Counted from the whole stretch's first letter, positions 1 to 14,939 are shown. The stretch: 63,961 nt of DNA, filler included, from Octopus bimaculoides (GCF_001194135.2; 6 parts of 5 records of this genome joined end to end with filler, not necessarily neighbours in it); one strand, 5' to 3'. Made by a program: numbers and translations. The notes: generated by a model from the sequence alone, not told the origin.

Positions 1-1906
<1,906 letters not shown>

Positions 1907-1907
<1 letters not shown>

Positions 1908-1995
1908 TGGTGGTGGTGGTGGTGGTGGTGGTGGTGGTGACGGTGGCGGCGGCGGCGGCGGTGGTGGTGGTGGTAGTGGTGGTGGTAGTGGTGAT
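1907..1995. repeat. (GGT)n/(GGC)n microsatellite
   Basis: Direct reading of the sequence. Confidence 0.95.
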
Positions 1996-1998
1996 AAA

Positions 1999-2410
1999 TG
2001 TCTTTTACTATATATAGCCTCGGATCAACCAAACCTTTGTGAGTGGATTTAGTAGACAGAAACTGAATGAAGCCCGTCGTATATATACATATATGTGTGT
2101 TTATGTGTTTATGTGTGTACGTGCGTGTGTATATTTATGTGTTTATGTGTGTGTGTGTGTGTGTCTATGTATTTATGTGTGTGTGTGTATATTTCTGTGT
2201 CTGTATTTGTGTTTGTCTCCCACCACCGCTTAACAACCGGTGTGGTGTGTTTACGACGCCGTAGCTTAGCATTCGGCAAGAGCGACCGATAGAATAAGCC
2301 CCAGGCTTATAAATAAACATAATCTCTGGAGTCGATTTGTTCGACTAAAGCCCTTCAAAGCGGTGCTCCAGCATGGCCGCAGTCAAATGACTGAAACAAG
2401 TAAAAGATAA
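1999..2410 (+). mobile_element. SINE family B copy lacking its head, with internal TG microsatellite
   Basis: Matches the full copy at 12154-12535: GTGAGTGGATTT..GAAACTGA..GAAGCCCGTCG, microsatellite, then GGTGCTCCAGCATGGCCGCAGTCAAATGACTGAAACAAGTAAAAG. Confidence 0.85.
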
Positions 2411-2607
2411 AAAAAACAAAAGATGTTCCGGTTGAAGAAGGACTCTACTGATTACATTTTAACATTATATATTAATAAAACAACCTCTCCATCTTCAAAG
2501 AATTTTTGCAAAGAACATTATTTTAACAAAGGTGTTGAAAAAGTTTTAGAATAGAAGATGAAGCAGTAATAGAGCCTGCAAGCCAGATTCGTTCATTGTT
2601 TTTAGCT

Positions 2608-2708
2608 AAGCTAGTTATGATAAGCTAGTTATGATAAGCTAGTTATGATAAGCTAGTTATGATAAGCTAGTTATGATAAGCTAGTTATGATAAGCGTAGT
2701 TATGATAA
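2608..2708. repeat. 14-bp minisatellite (AAGCTAGTTATGAT), 7 units
   Basis: Six perfect units plus one with a 1-nt insertion. Confidence 0.95.
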
Positions 2709-3546
2709 GGTTGTATCATTAATACGCCTACGTTTCGGACCTGCGTAGCTTCTACACCGATTCAACTCCACGTCACAAAAGCAAACTTAGCAGTCCGAGT
2801 TGTTCTTTATAGCTTCAATGTTCACGGGTTGAGTAAAGACTTATAAGTGGAATCTAGTGAACGAAAACTGTGAGGAAGCTCGTCAGCAAAAACAGTCTTT
2901 TTCGTGTAAGGAGAAACTAGACTTAATTCGTTGCTTGGTTTAAAAATATTAATTGAACCTCGAGTAATTTTAACATTCAAAGAATGTGTCTGTTCTGCAA
3001 GCGATTTTTTCCCCTCTGCAAATCTCAAACGCTATGAAAGGAACTATGTGACACAAGTCTTCCTCGACCGACTAAGATATTAAGGAAAAAAAAGAAGAAC
3101 GCTACTGATACTTGATCATTTAATTCCTTTTACTATAAGACGATTATCCCTGTACCAATGAGTAAAGATAATTCTAAATTCCAACCTATGATCACATAAC
3201 GTCGTGGCTGTTAATTACATGAAGCGACGAGGGAGAGTGTGGCTAATTGGTCGCCCAAAAGGCAAAAAATAACGAAAGTCACGCTCAAATCACACTTTAC
3301 ATTCTCCAAAAGGGAACAATGTGTTAATGTCCTAAATAGTTTTAAAGGATTGGTAGGTCTCAGCTGGAACACTTTCATCCTGAGTCTTAAAAATCGATGT
3401 TGATTTGGAGCAAAACAACAACAACGACAAATGAGAAGGTTTATAATATTTAACAATCATTAGGTCACGCATTTTTGTGTTAAGGAGCGTTCACTAAAAT
3501 TATATAGGCTCCTATTCAACGTTCCCTTTTCGACAAATATGTTCAG

Positions 3547-3732
<186 letters not shown>

Positions 3733-3741
3733 CTTTTCTTT

Positions 3742-3792
3742 CAGTTCTATATTTAAGAGATTAGGAATTATGTACATTATTTACATTTGACG
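3742..3792 (-). mobile_element. 3' tail of hammerhead-bearing repeat family H1, running into a gap
   Basis: CAGTTCTATATTTAAGAGATTAGGAATTATGTACATTATTTACATTTGACG matches the tails at 26784 and 27058. Confidence 0.85.
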
Positions 3793-4717
3793 NNNNNNNN
3801 NNNNNNNNNNNNNNNNNNNNNNNNNNNNNNNNNNNNNNNNNNNNNNNNNNNNNNNNNNNNNNNNNNNNNNNNNNNNNNNNNNNNNNNNNNNNNNNNNNNN
3901 NNNNNNNNNNNNNNNNNNNNNNNNNNNNNNNNNNNNNNNNNNNNNNNNNNNNNNNNNNNNNNNNNNNNNNNNNNNNNNNNNNNNNNNNNNNNNNNNNNNN
4001 NNNNNNNNNNNNNNNNNNNNNNNNNNNNNNNNNNNNNNNNNNNNNNNNNNNNNNNNNNNNNNNNNNNNNNNNNNNNNNNNNNNNNNNNNNNNNNNNNNNN
4101 NNNNNNNNNNNNNNNNNNNNNNNNNNNNNNNNNNNNNNNNNNNNNNNNNNNNNNNNNNNNNNNNNNNNNNNNNNNNNNNNNNNNNNNNNNNNNNNNNNNN
4201 NNNNNNNNNNNNNNNNNNNNNNNNNNNNNNNNNNNNNNNNNNNNNNNNNNNNNNNNNNNNNNNNNNNNNNNNNNNNNNNNNNNNNNNNNNNNNNNNNNNN
4301 NNNNNNNNNNNNNNNNNNNNNNNNNNNNNNNNNNNNNNNNNNNNNNNNNNNNNNNNNNNNNNNNNNNNNNNNNNNNNNNNNNNNNNNNNNNNNNNNNNNN
4401 NNNNNNNNNNNNNNNNNNNNNNNNNNNNNNNNNNNNNNNNNNNNNNNNNNNNNNNNNNNNNNNNNNNNNNNNNNNNNNNNNNNNNNNNNNNNNNNNNNNN
4501 NNNNNNNNNNNNNNNNNNNNNNNNNNNNNNNNNNNNNNNNNNNNNNNNNNNNNNNNNNNNNNNNNNNNNNNNNNNNNNNNNNNNNNNNNNNNNNNNNNNN
4601 NNNNNNNNNNNNNNNNNNNNNNNNNNNNNNNNNNNNNNNNNNNNNNNNNNNNNNNNNNNNNNNNNNNNNNNNNNNNNNNNNNNNNNNNCTTGTACAAATG
4701 CAAAACAAAAGTCAAAC

Positions 4718-4781
<64 letters not shown>

Positions 4782-4782
<1 letters not shown>

Positions 4783-4929
4783 TCGAAAAATACCTTAGGA
4801 GTGAAAACCCAGGTTCGAAATTTCCCCAAGACACCTGATGAAGGCTGGAGGGTATATCAGCCGAAACGTTGTGTTAACAACAAACAAGATGAGGACAAAT
4901 ATCCGTCAAATGTAAATAATGTAAATAAT
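4782..4929 (+). mobile_element. Repeat family H1 unit (Penelope pLTR-like or retrozyme-like), preceded by (AAT)n
   Basis: Near-identical to the reverse complement of 26784-26974 and 27058-27218; contains a hammerhead core. Confidence 0.85.
4830..4875 (+). ncRNA. Minimal type I hammerhead ribozyme motif (family H1)
   Basis: GACAC-CUGAUGA-A-GGCUG(GAGGGUAUAU)CAGCC-GAAAC-GUU-GUGUU. Stem I is GACAC/GUGUU, stem II is GGCUG/CAGCC, and stem III is loopless and palindromic (AACGUU). Confidence 0.8.
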
Positions 4930-6867
4930 CATTTCTTTATTAACCACTGAGGGTTCATATAAAAGATTGGAGACGGTGCAGGGCAATACAATACAAAAAA
5001 GAATGGGATTGAAACGAGAAAAAACGGAATAAGAATGAAAATTTTAACAATTAAAATCCCAAAAGAAGGAAAGGGTAAGTGCGCTTGCCTCTTCACCTAC
5101 CCTTGATCTCGTGGCGCATGATGCTTAGAGTAGGCTCGTTTACTCGGGCCTTTCACACTACATTCACCTAACTTTTAACAAAATTGCTACAACAACGTGT
5201 GCCGTTGTGCCCTCCCAAATTCCACAGTTTATATTTCGCTGACATCTTCACCCCATACGTATATTTTCTCAAGTTGTTTGTTTGCAGTGATTGATCTTGG
5301 GCTGCTTGGATAAAATTCTCTTTTCTCCTTTTTCATTGCCCTTTTTTTTTTACCAACCATGTCCAGGACTTTGTTCCTCATATATTCATCTGCTGAGCTC
5401 GACTTAGCCTTTCGACCTTTAAAAATCGATAAAATAATCACTAGTTATGTACTAGGGTCGATGTAATTGACTAGCCCTCCACCCCCAAATTCCATTATTG
5501 TTGTTGTCGTTATTGTTCGTATTGCTAATTTCGTTTCTCTAAGTAAGGCGTATTTCTTGTGCTGACAGTTTGGAATATATTTTGCTGACTTTTATTTTTT
5601 AAAATATTGATGATTTTTGCTTTTCCCGTATCACGTTACACGGCAGAGATTACTTTCATTTATTTTACTTGTTTGAACGAAAAGAAAAGAATATTTATGG
5701 CCACATTTCCTTAATTTATTTTGCTTAGCAATATTTCATTAGGGTTCTTTGTGTATCGGACACGTGTTGAAGGGTTCATTACAAAGTTTACAGCAATAAC
5801 GTATACAAATATGCCTCCAACCAAACATTTGTGAAATAAATTTTAGCTCGGATTTTTTTAAAAACAAATCTAAAAATGAATTTAAAAAGAAAAGACTTTT
5901 AGCAATGTCGCACAGACACGTTGGGGTAATGTAGTGTTTATGTCTCTGGTGTTTGGACAAATAACTGCAATAATACTTATACAATCGCAACAAAAAGATA
6001 ATGAGTAATAGCATTAACAGCAACAACAGCAACGAAACAACAACAACAGCAGCAGTAGCAGCCGCAGCGAGAACAGCAGCAGTAAAACAACAGCAATACC
6101 TTACCGACAACAACAACTACAATATCAATAAGAACGACAGCAACAAGAACTTAAATCAATAATATTTACCTAAAAAAATAGTGATTTTGGTATTAGTTTT
6201 CGAATATAGCTTCTTAAAGACAAAATTCTGGGCTTGACGTGATCTTGTTGGGGAAACAAAAAAACGTATCAGAGACGTGACGCAAATGGGTGCGTATTCT
6301 GGTGAGCGAAGTGAAAAATGGCATGCTGTTGTCCTGTGTAGAGTGATGATCATTCAACGATCCCTCAAATCAACGACTAAAGGAATCTTGTTTGGAATGT
6401 GATGTGAAGAGCAGTGAACTGTTCATGGAATGGGCAGGACCGGACAAAAGTGTCTGTCGGATATTAACAAGGGATGCTGAGGAGAAGCGAGAAGAAGATA
6501 ACACATGATTGAGTATAGTTCAATAAATGAGTTACCGGATGGAAGCGGAATTGTAATAGGCATTGGCAACAAAGTGAATCATGGCTTATTGTTATCTTTG
6601 TAACGTATTATGGCATGTTGAAAGTATAAACGAAACATAAAATGATATGCAGTTAAGAGAGATTGGTACGAACTTGCAAATACGATAGACCAACCGAAAA
6701 CTACCGAGTCATTCCGTTCGGTATCTCTTCGTTGTTGGTCCAGAAACAAAAGCAATGAAACTAAATAGGAAACACAACTGTTATAATTATAACGCAAACG
6801 GGTTCCTTGAAGACATTATTTTGCTTTGGGGTTAGAAAAAAGGCAGATGAAGAGAAAATGATAACAA

Positions 6868-7045
6868 AATGCTTAGTGGTTATTTCTGTCAGATTTTACG
6901 TTTTGAGTTCAAATATTACTGAAGCCAACATTGCCTTTCTTCCTTTCGGGGTCGATAAGATCAGAACCAGGTGAATACAGGTGCATGTAATCAGCTTCTC
7001 CTTCCCCGCAAATTGCAGACCTGCCAAAATTAGAAGGGATTATTG
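6868..7045 (+). mobile_element. Degenerate SINE family A fragment
   Basis: B-box-like GAGTTCAAAT and CTTTCGGGGTCGATAA shared with other family A copies. Confidence 0.65.
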
Positions 7046-7381
7046 TTGTTGTTGTTGTCGCTGTTGTTGCTGTTATTATTATTATTAGCTACTTCTGAAT
7101 TCAAGGCCAGCAAGTAAAAAGATCAGATAATAAGTATGCTTTCTCTCCTTCCTGGTGTGAGAATACTTTACTTTGTAAACCTATTCGTTTGTCTCCCTTT
7201 CTTTCACTCTCTCACTCTCTCTCTCTCTCTCTCTCTGTATTTATGTATATATATATATATATATATAATAAGTGTGATAAATTGGATATTCATTTAATTA
7301 ACACCAATTTAAAACCGGTGGCCTAGCATAAAGAAAATTCTGAAAATTCAGAAAAATTATATTACATACATATATGAGAAG

Positions 7382-7404
7382 GGATGTCCACTAGGTGGAC
7401 ATCC
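7382..7404. other. Perfect 10-bp hairpin GGATGTCCAC-TAG-GTGGACATCC
   Basis: Exact inverted repeat with a 3-nt loop; probably part of a repeat element. Confidence 0.8.
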
Positions 7405-7928
7405 ATTATGCTAGAGATAGACCATCTACGGTCAAGCCACAAAAGAAAAGAATATTCTCCAGGAAAAATTCAGCGTACACCAGAACATGAACGGATATNN
7501 NNNNNNNNNNNNNNNNNNNNNNNNNNNNNNNNNNNNNNNNNNNNNNNNNNNNNNNNNNNNNNNNNNNNNNNNNNNNNNNNNNNNNNNNNNNNNNNNNNNN
7601 NNNNNNNNNNNNNNNNNNNNNNNNNNNNNNNNNNNNNNNNNNNNNNNNNNNNNNNNNNNNNNNNNNNNNNNNNNNNNNNNNNNNNNNNNNNNNNNNNNNN
7701 NNNNNNNNNNNNNNNNNNNNNNNNNNNNNNNNNNNNNNNNNNNNNNNNNNNNNNNNNNNNNNNNNNNNNNNNNNNNNNNNNNNNNNNNNNNNNNNNNNNN
7801 NNNNNNNNNNNNNNNNNNNNNNNNNNNNNNNNNNNNNNNNNNNNNNNNNNNNNNNNNNNNNNNNNNNNNNNNNNNNNNNNNNNNNNNNNNNNNNNNNNNN
7901 NNNNNNNNNNNNNNNNNNNNNNNNNNNN

Positions 7929-7992
<64 letters not shown>

Positions 7993-9156
7993 TTTCTGTT
8001 GATTAACCAAGCACTGAATTACAGGACTCAATAGATCATTGCCAGTACATTGAGTTTCACGCTTCCTTTGTTTTAGTTGATAGAGCGGACTTATTTTCCC
8101 TTGAAATAACTGTTATTTAACTATATTGTAAAACATAAAGGCTATTAAGAAAACGCTTATCTTAAATGTTTAGAAAACAAATCATGCTACGAGCGATGCG
8201 TGTAAAGCAGCTATTTCATGGTCACGTTTTCCATTTAATTGCTGGTTCTCACTTGAACACTCGAAACGTCCTTCTTTAAATTTATCATTGCATACAACTT
8301 TGTAAGCGCCATACATAGATCACGCGAAGAACTGCTTTCAAGAAATTGCTTATCTTTAGGTATTTTTTTTCTAAAACATCGTACGAACGATATGTGCAAA
8401 AATGTTATTTCAGCTCAGGCTTTTCACTTCAGTTTTTCTTATCCTTATAGCATTCAGTTTTCAACCCATATGTACGGGACGACTCTGTAAGAACAGACAT
8501 TTTCTGGAACTGTGGTGCTGGGTCAACTCTCTCTCTCTCTCTCCACCTCTCTCTCTCTCCACCTCTCTCTCTCTCCACCTCTCTCNNNNNNNNNNNNNNN
8601 NNNNNNNNNNNNNNNNNNNNNNNNNNNNNNNNNNNNNNNNNNNNNNNNNNNNNNNNNNNNNNNNNNNNNNNNNNNNNNNNNNNNNNNNNNNNNNNNNNNN
8701 NNNNNNNNNNNNNNNNNNNNNNNNNNNNNNNNNNNNNNNNNNNNNNNNNNNNNNNNNNNNNNNNNNNNNNNNNNNNNNNNNNNNNNNNNNNNNNNNNNNN
8801 NNNNNNNNNNNNNNNNNNNNNNNNNNNNNNNNNNNNNNNNNNNNNNNNNNNNNNNNNNNNNNNNNNNNNNNNNNNNNNNNNNNNNNNNNNNNNNNNNNNN
8901 NNNNNNNNNNNNNNNNNNNNNNNNNNNNNNNNNNNNNNNNNNNNNNNNNNNNNNNNNNNNNNNNNNNNNNNNNNNNNNNNNNNNNNNNNNNNNNNNNNNN
9001 NNNNNNNNNNNNNNNNNNNNNNNNNNNNNNNNNNNNNNNNNNNNNNNNNNNNNNNNNNNNNNNNNNNNNNNNNNNNNNNNNNNNNNNNNNTCTCTCTCTC
9101 TCCAACTCTCCCTCTCTCTCCACTCCTCTCTCTCTCCACTCCTCTCTCTCTCTCCA

Positions 9157-9191
<35 letters not shown>

Positions 9192-9199
9192 ATCTCTTC

Positions 9200-10080
9200 G
9201 GTCATTCTCTCACCTTCTTCAAACCTACTGACTCCCACTTCTACCTCGATTTTTCGTCCCCTACCCATCTCACACCAAACGAGCCATTCCCTACTCCCGA
9301 TTCCTCCGTCTTCGATGTCTGTGCGGCCGCAACTAAGATTCTGAGACACAGTCTTATTACTTGGCTCGTCTGATCACTCGTCGGGGATACCCCGCTACGC
9401 TTGTCGAAGCCGCTCTATTCGCATGCACGCCAAATTGATCGCGCTTCCACACTCTCACCTCACCGACATCTATACTTCAACTGTATTCTCTTTCCCTCTC
9501 CTATTCCACCCCTACTCTACCCTTTTATTGAAAAATCCTACAGGTCTTTCGACTTCTCCAGTCCGATCCTACCATCCTCCATGTTTTCTCTAACCCACCT
9601 CTCTCCTCCTTCAAAAGCGCCCGAAATCTACGCGATCTAATTGTCCGTAGTTTCCCCCGCCCCCACTCCTTTGCCACCCATCCTGAACCTTCTATTGCTC
9701 AAGTCCCCAGTGTCACACTTGTCAGTTCATCAGCTACATCGCCACTCTCACTGGAAACAACCAACTTTTTTTCATGTATCGTATCTAACATCATTTATTA
9801 CCTTAAATGTACCCTTTGCGGGTACTGTTGGACAGTATGGCCGCCGTCTGCTTGACAGATTCACTGAACACCTTCGAGATATCTGCCTTCAGAAAAGTAC
9901 GCCTCTGCTCGATCAACCACTCCACCCAGAAGCTCACAGTGTTCAGCATGGTCTTACAGCATGGATTTATCACCACCAGACTTCACAAAGAGCAACGGTA
10001 CATTTTCCCCTTAAGAACTCATGCACCATTTGGAATAAATACGTCCATTCCTTCTTTTAACAACCTTCAACTTCTATCGC
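9200..10080 (+). mobile_element. Decayed Penelope-like element: RT C-terminus plus GIY-YIG endonuclease (Neptune-like CxxC linker)
   Basis: Across frameshifts: KPTDSHFYLDFSS; RRGYP; CHTC; FSCIVSNIIYYLKCTLC; GRRLLDRFTEHLRDI; KEQRYIFPLRTHAPFGIN. Confidence 0.82.
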
Positions 10081-10192
10081 GCTCCCAAATCTCATTTTCC
10101 TTCTGTTATTTCCACACACTTCCATACATAACTTACAACCTCCCCTCCCACGCACACACATCATGCGTATCTATTGCACGTGCGCTCGCACG

Positions 10193-10231
<39 letters not shown>

Positions 10232-10236
10232 ATTCT

Positions 10237-10595
<359 letters not shown>

Positions 10596-10709
10596 ACTGG
10601 TTGCAGCAAAGTTTTTAATATCATTTTGACACAACAATCTCCATTTTGTTCATTCCAAGGCTGTTCGCTCAATGATGTTGTGAGCTATCTTCATTCCTAA
10701 GAGGTTATT

Positions 10710-12028
10710 CATCAGCTTTCCCTTATATCTGAGCTATGATTGACCAACATTCCTCTGACCACTCTCAAGCTGGCTGTACATGAGGACTGTGGGTATTCTT
10801 TCGTAACTCATTCTGATGACATGGCCAGCGCAGTTCTGTCTATATAAGGAAGCTCTCAATTGCTAAACAAGTCCGCATTAGAAACTTTGTCTTTTAATGA
10901 ATAACCGCAGATTGTCGTCAGACAGTCTCTATGGAAGATGTCTAGTTGGTTAATGTATCGTCTGTAGGGTATCCACGATTCTGAGCCAAACAAGAGAGTA
11001 GTAAGAATGGCTGCTTTATAAACCTGTACTTTGGTGTCAAGTTTGATGCCCCTTTCATTCCATAGGAGATGAAGGAATTTGCCAAATGTGTTGGTTGCCT
11101 TTGCAAGACGGTTGACTTTTTCATCATCAAGGGAAGCGCTCAAATTCACTTTACTATTAAGATATGTAAATGACTTCACATAATTTAGGCTTTTCTCATC
11201 AACCTGTATAGGAATGTCAAGAGAATTGTGAACCGGTGGCCTCTGCTTGACACCTTGAATTTGNNNNNNNNNNNNNNNNNNNNNNNNNNNNNNNNNNNNN
11301 NNNNNNNNNNNNNNNNNNNNNNNNNNNNNNNNNNNNNNNNNNNNNNNNNNNNNNNNNNNNNNNNNNNNNNNNNNNNNNNNNNNNNNNNNNNNNNNNNNNN
11401 NNNNNNNNNNNNNNNNNNNNNNNNNNNNNNNNNNNNNNNNNNNNNNNNNNNNNNNNNNNNNNNNNNNNNNNNNNNNNNNNNNNNNNNNNNNNNNNNNNNN
11501 NNNNNNNNNNNNNNNNNNNNNNNNNNNNNNNNNNNNNNNNNNNNNNNNNNNNNNNNNNNNNNNNNNNNNNNNNNNNNNNNNNNNNNNNNNNNNNNNNNNN
11601 NNNNNNNNNNNNNNNNNNNNNNNNNNNNNNNNNNNNNNNNNNNNNNNNNNNNNNNNNNNNNNNNNNNNNNNNNNNNNNNNNNNNNNNNNNNNNNNNNNNN
11701 NNNNNNNNNNNNNNNNNNNNNNNNNNNNNNNNNNNNNNNNNNNNNNNNNNNNNNNNNNNNNNNNNNNNNTTCTCCACCGGACACGACAGCAGCCTTCATT
11801 CCCTCATGAAAGATGAAAGAAGATGATAACATTCAACATCTTGTTAGGTATACCAAGCTTTTTCAGAACTTTTCATAGTGCTTGACGGTTAACAGTGTCG
11901 AAGGCCTTAGTAAGGTAAACAAATATCAAGAACAACTCTTGATTTTTCTCACATACTTTTTCCATGTCCTTTCGGAGGGAAAAGATCATGTCGATAGTGC
12001 CATGACCAGAGCAAAATCCACATTGTGA
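10710..12028 (-). mobile_element. Decayed RTE-clade LINE (RT and thumb region), interrupted by an N gap
   Basis: GFCSGHGTIDMIFSLR..TKAFDTVNRQAL..FHEGMKA; FTYLNS..RLAKATNTFG..TKVQVYKAAILTTLLFGSESW; GHVIRMSYERIP. Confidence 0.88.
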
Positions 12029-12153
12029 TTATTTGATGGGTCATTTCAACTAGCAGTTTTTTTTTTTAAGAAACGGTGATATAAATAAAAATATCAAAAA
12101 TTAGAAGGCTTAAATGTCGTATTGTGTAACATCGAAAAAAATCTTAAATCAAA

Positions 12154-12535
12154 GTGGCTGTGTGGTAAGTAGCTCGCTTACCAGCCACATAGTTCCGGGT
12201 TCAGTCCTACTGCGTGGCACCTGGGGCAAGTGTCTTCTGCTATAGCCGCGGGTTGATCAAAACCTTGTGAGTGGATTTGGTAGACGGAAACTGAAAGAAG
12301 CCCGTCGTATATATATATGTATGTATGTGTATATATTTGTGTGTCTGTGTTTGTTCAACATCACTTGACAACCGATGCTAGTGTGTTTACGTCCCCGTAT
12401 CTTAGCGGTTCGGCAAAAGTGACCGATAGAATAAGCACTAGGCTTACAAAGAATAAGCCCTAGGGTTAATTTGTTCGACTAAAGGCGGTGCTCCAGCATG
12501 GCCGCAGTCAAATGACTGAAACAAGTAAAAGAGTA
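12154..12535 (+). mobile_element. Full-length SINE family B (tRNA-like head)
   Basis: A-box-like TGGCTGTGTGGTAAG and B-box-like GGGTTCAGTCC, internal microsatellite, and a tail shared by many copies in the window. Confidence 0.9.
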
Positions 12536-12603
12536 TTAGTTTAAAAGGAAAAACATACATGACCTACCCCCAAGTTTCAGGTTATGAGCCTATAGTAGAA
12601 AGG

Positions 12604-12669
<66 letters not shown>

Positions 12670-12676
12670 GTGATGA

Positions 12677-12895
12677 AGGCGGTGAGCTGGCAGAATCGTT
12701 AGCACGCTGGGTGAAATACTCAGCGGTATTTCGCCCGTCACTACATTCTGAGTTCAAATTCCGTTATGGTCGACTTAGTGTTTCATCCTTTCGGGTTCGA
12801 TAAATTAAGTACCAGTTACGCACTGGGTTCGATGTAAACGATTATCTCCTCTCCCACAAATTTCATGTCTTGTACCTATTGTAGAAAGGATTATC
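12677..12895 (+). mobile_element. SINE family A (tail type ending GTAGAAAGGATTA), placed after the (ATT)n tail of an earlier copy
   Basis: A-box-like TGGCAGAATCGTT and B-box-like GAGTTCAAATTCC. An upstream tail remnant plus (ATT)n lies at about 12570-12668. Confidence 0.88.
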
Positions 12896-13224
12896 TAGCG
12901 CCAGTGCAAAGTGAGGTGACCAGTAATCACGGGAATCTGCAGGTTTTACATCAGGTGGTCCCTCTCGTTGACGGATGCAGTGACAATAACTAGGGCTCCC
13001 CCCTCACTCATGGTGGTTTTATTGCTTGCCCTGACATCAACCCGGGGTGTTTTGTATGCCTGCTCTCAGATGGACTGTCATCACATTTGCTAGTTAATCC
13101 ATAGTTGTGACCTAGACGGATGCTACTACTCCGGGTTAGACAAGACATGGGAACACTATTGGCTAACAGGTGATTCAAGACCAAAAGCCCAGTTAGCTAA
13201 TGCAGTTTAAGTCATACCCACGAC

Positions 13225-13600
13225 ATACGTCCATACGTCCATACGTCCATACTCACAAACGCATTCATACGTACATACATACATACATATCTGCATACAT
13301 ACATACTTACATACATACAGACATGCATACATACATACTTACATACATACATACATACATACATGCATACATACATACATACATACATATATACATAACA
13401 AACGTACATATTTACATACATACATACATATACATACATACATACATACATACATATACATACATACATACATACATACATACACATATTTACATACATA
13501 TATACATACATACATACATACATACTTACAGACATATCCGCGTACATACTTACCCGGATACATACATACTTCATACAAAAGTACATATATACATACGGTA
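13225..13600. repeat. (TACA)n-type microsatellite array
   Basis: Direct reading; source of the YVCM/HTYI ORFs. Confidence 0.95.
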
Positions 13601-14108
13601 ATATTGCTTTAATTCTCATCTCAACACATGAATACATCCACACGTTACGTTGAGAAAACACACACGTGGTCACAGGCGCGCGCGCGCAAAACAGACTCAC
13701 AGATACACATATACAAGCATAAACAGCAATGAAGCAAACACACTTATGTACCAATGCTGCACACACGCATACTACATGAATTAAGTCTTTAACGCACAGA
13801 CGCACACACGTCGCGCACGCGTACACACGCACACATGCACACACACACACACACACACACACACGTACACACACGTCAACTATTTCAGACATTCACAGGA
13901 CTAAAGCAGCCGACTTGATTTTTAAAACAAAGAACCCAGCTACTTTTTAGTGACAAGCTAGGGTTTTGCAAATGGACCCCCCCCCCCAAAAAAAAACAAA
14001 GTAATCCCAAAGGGACATACATGCACAATAACACAAATACACTTATACTTATATATTCATAAGACTCTCTAGGTTTTTATAGCTTATGGGTATAGAAGTG
14101 CAAATGGG

Positions 14109-14165
14109 AAGGGCGTGAAACAAGGACATACTATGTCGACAAACTCCTTTACCGCATGTCTACAA
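14109..14165 (+). mobile_element. Short RTE-like RT motif remnant
   Basis: Translates to KGVKQGHTMSTNSFTACLQ, resembling the RTE motif KGVRQGDTISPKLFTA. Confidence 0.45.
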
Positions 14166-14189
14166 ATGATCATGAGTGACATTGGTAAG

Positions 14190-14495
14190 ACAGGCGGAGT
14201 AAACATCAATAGGGGCTTCATATATTCCGAGTTCAGTCCCAATGCATGACACCTTGTGCAAGTGTCTTCTACAAAAGCTTCGGGCTGACCAAAGCCTTGA
14301 GAGTGGATTTGGTAGACGGACACTGAAAGAAGTTCATCCTATATGTACGATATATGTCCGTCTACCAAATCCACTCTCAGTGCTTTGGGCGGCCCGAGGC
14401 TATAGTAGAAAACACTTGCCCAAGGTGCCATGCAGTGGGACTGAACTTGGAACCATGTGATTGGGGGACGTATACATCTTACCACACAGCTACAC
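14190..14495. mobile_element. Two SINE family B head halves in tail-to-tail inverted orientation
   Basis: About 14190-14335 (+) and 14355-14495 (-) share GAGAGTGGATTTGGTAGACGGACA. Confidence 0.85.
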
Positions 14496-14898
14496 CTTTT
14501 TGCCCTTTGCCGTTGCTAGTTGGTCCCCACTATGTCTCAAGAATCACTGGAGGTATTTCTCATTTAGACTAACCGTAACTTTTCTGGATTCTTCTTAAGG
14601 GAAGATGCGGGTAAAGCTGTTAACACGCACTGCTCCGCTGTTGTGTTCCCAGACTGGCCGATGTTTCTCTAGCAGTCACTAGTCTGTTTTGGCCATCATG
14701 CAGTCTCTTCCTGTTAGCCATTGGTCATTCCAGTTAAAAAACTTTTTCCTTACACATTTCTGTGATTCATCGGGACACATCATTAACGATGTTTCCGGGG
14801 GTCATTTTATGTATAGCATATGTATGTGTTTGTGTGAGTCTGTGCTGCTTAGTTCAGTGAATGTCTGAAATAGTTGACGTGTGAGTGTGTGTGTGTGC

Positions 14899-14939
<41 letters not shown>

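Noticed and set aside
5071-5227. GG|GTAAGT donor and pyrimidine-CAG acceptor suggesting a small intron
   Set aside because: No coding frame on either side; such motifs are expected by chance.
6505-6603. Short peptide MIEYSSINELPDGSGIVIGIGNKV resembling actin YELPDGQVITIGNE
   Set aside because: Only about five matching residues, no flanking actin similarity and no exon structure.
7382-7414. Hairpin followed by CTAG as a Helitron 3' end
   Set aside because: The spacing is short, the next base is A rather than T, and no 5' TC end or Helitron body was identified.
12154-12230. tRNA-like A/B boxes here and in other SINE heads as tRNA genes
   Set aside because: No complete cloverleaf, and each continues into SINE body sequence.
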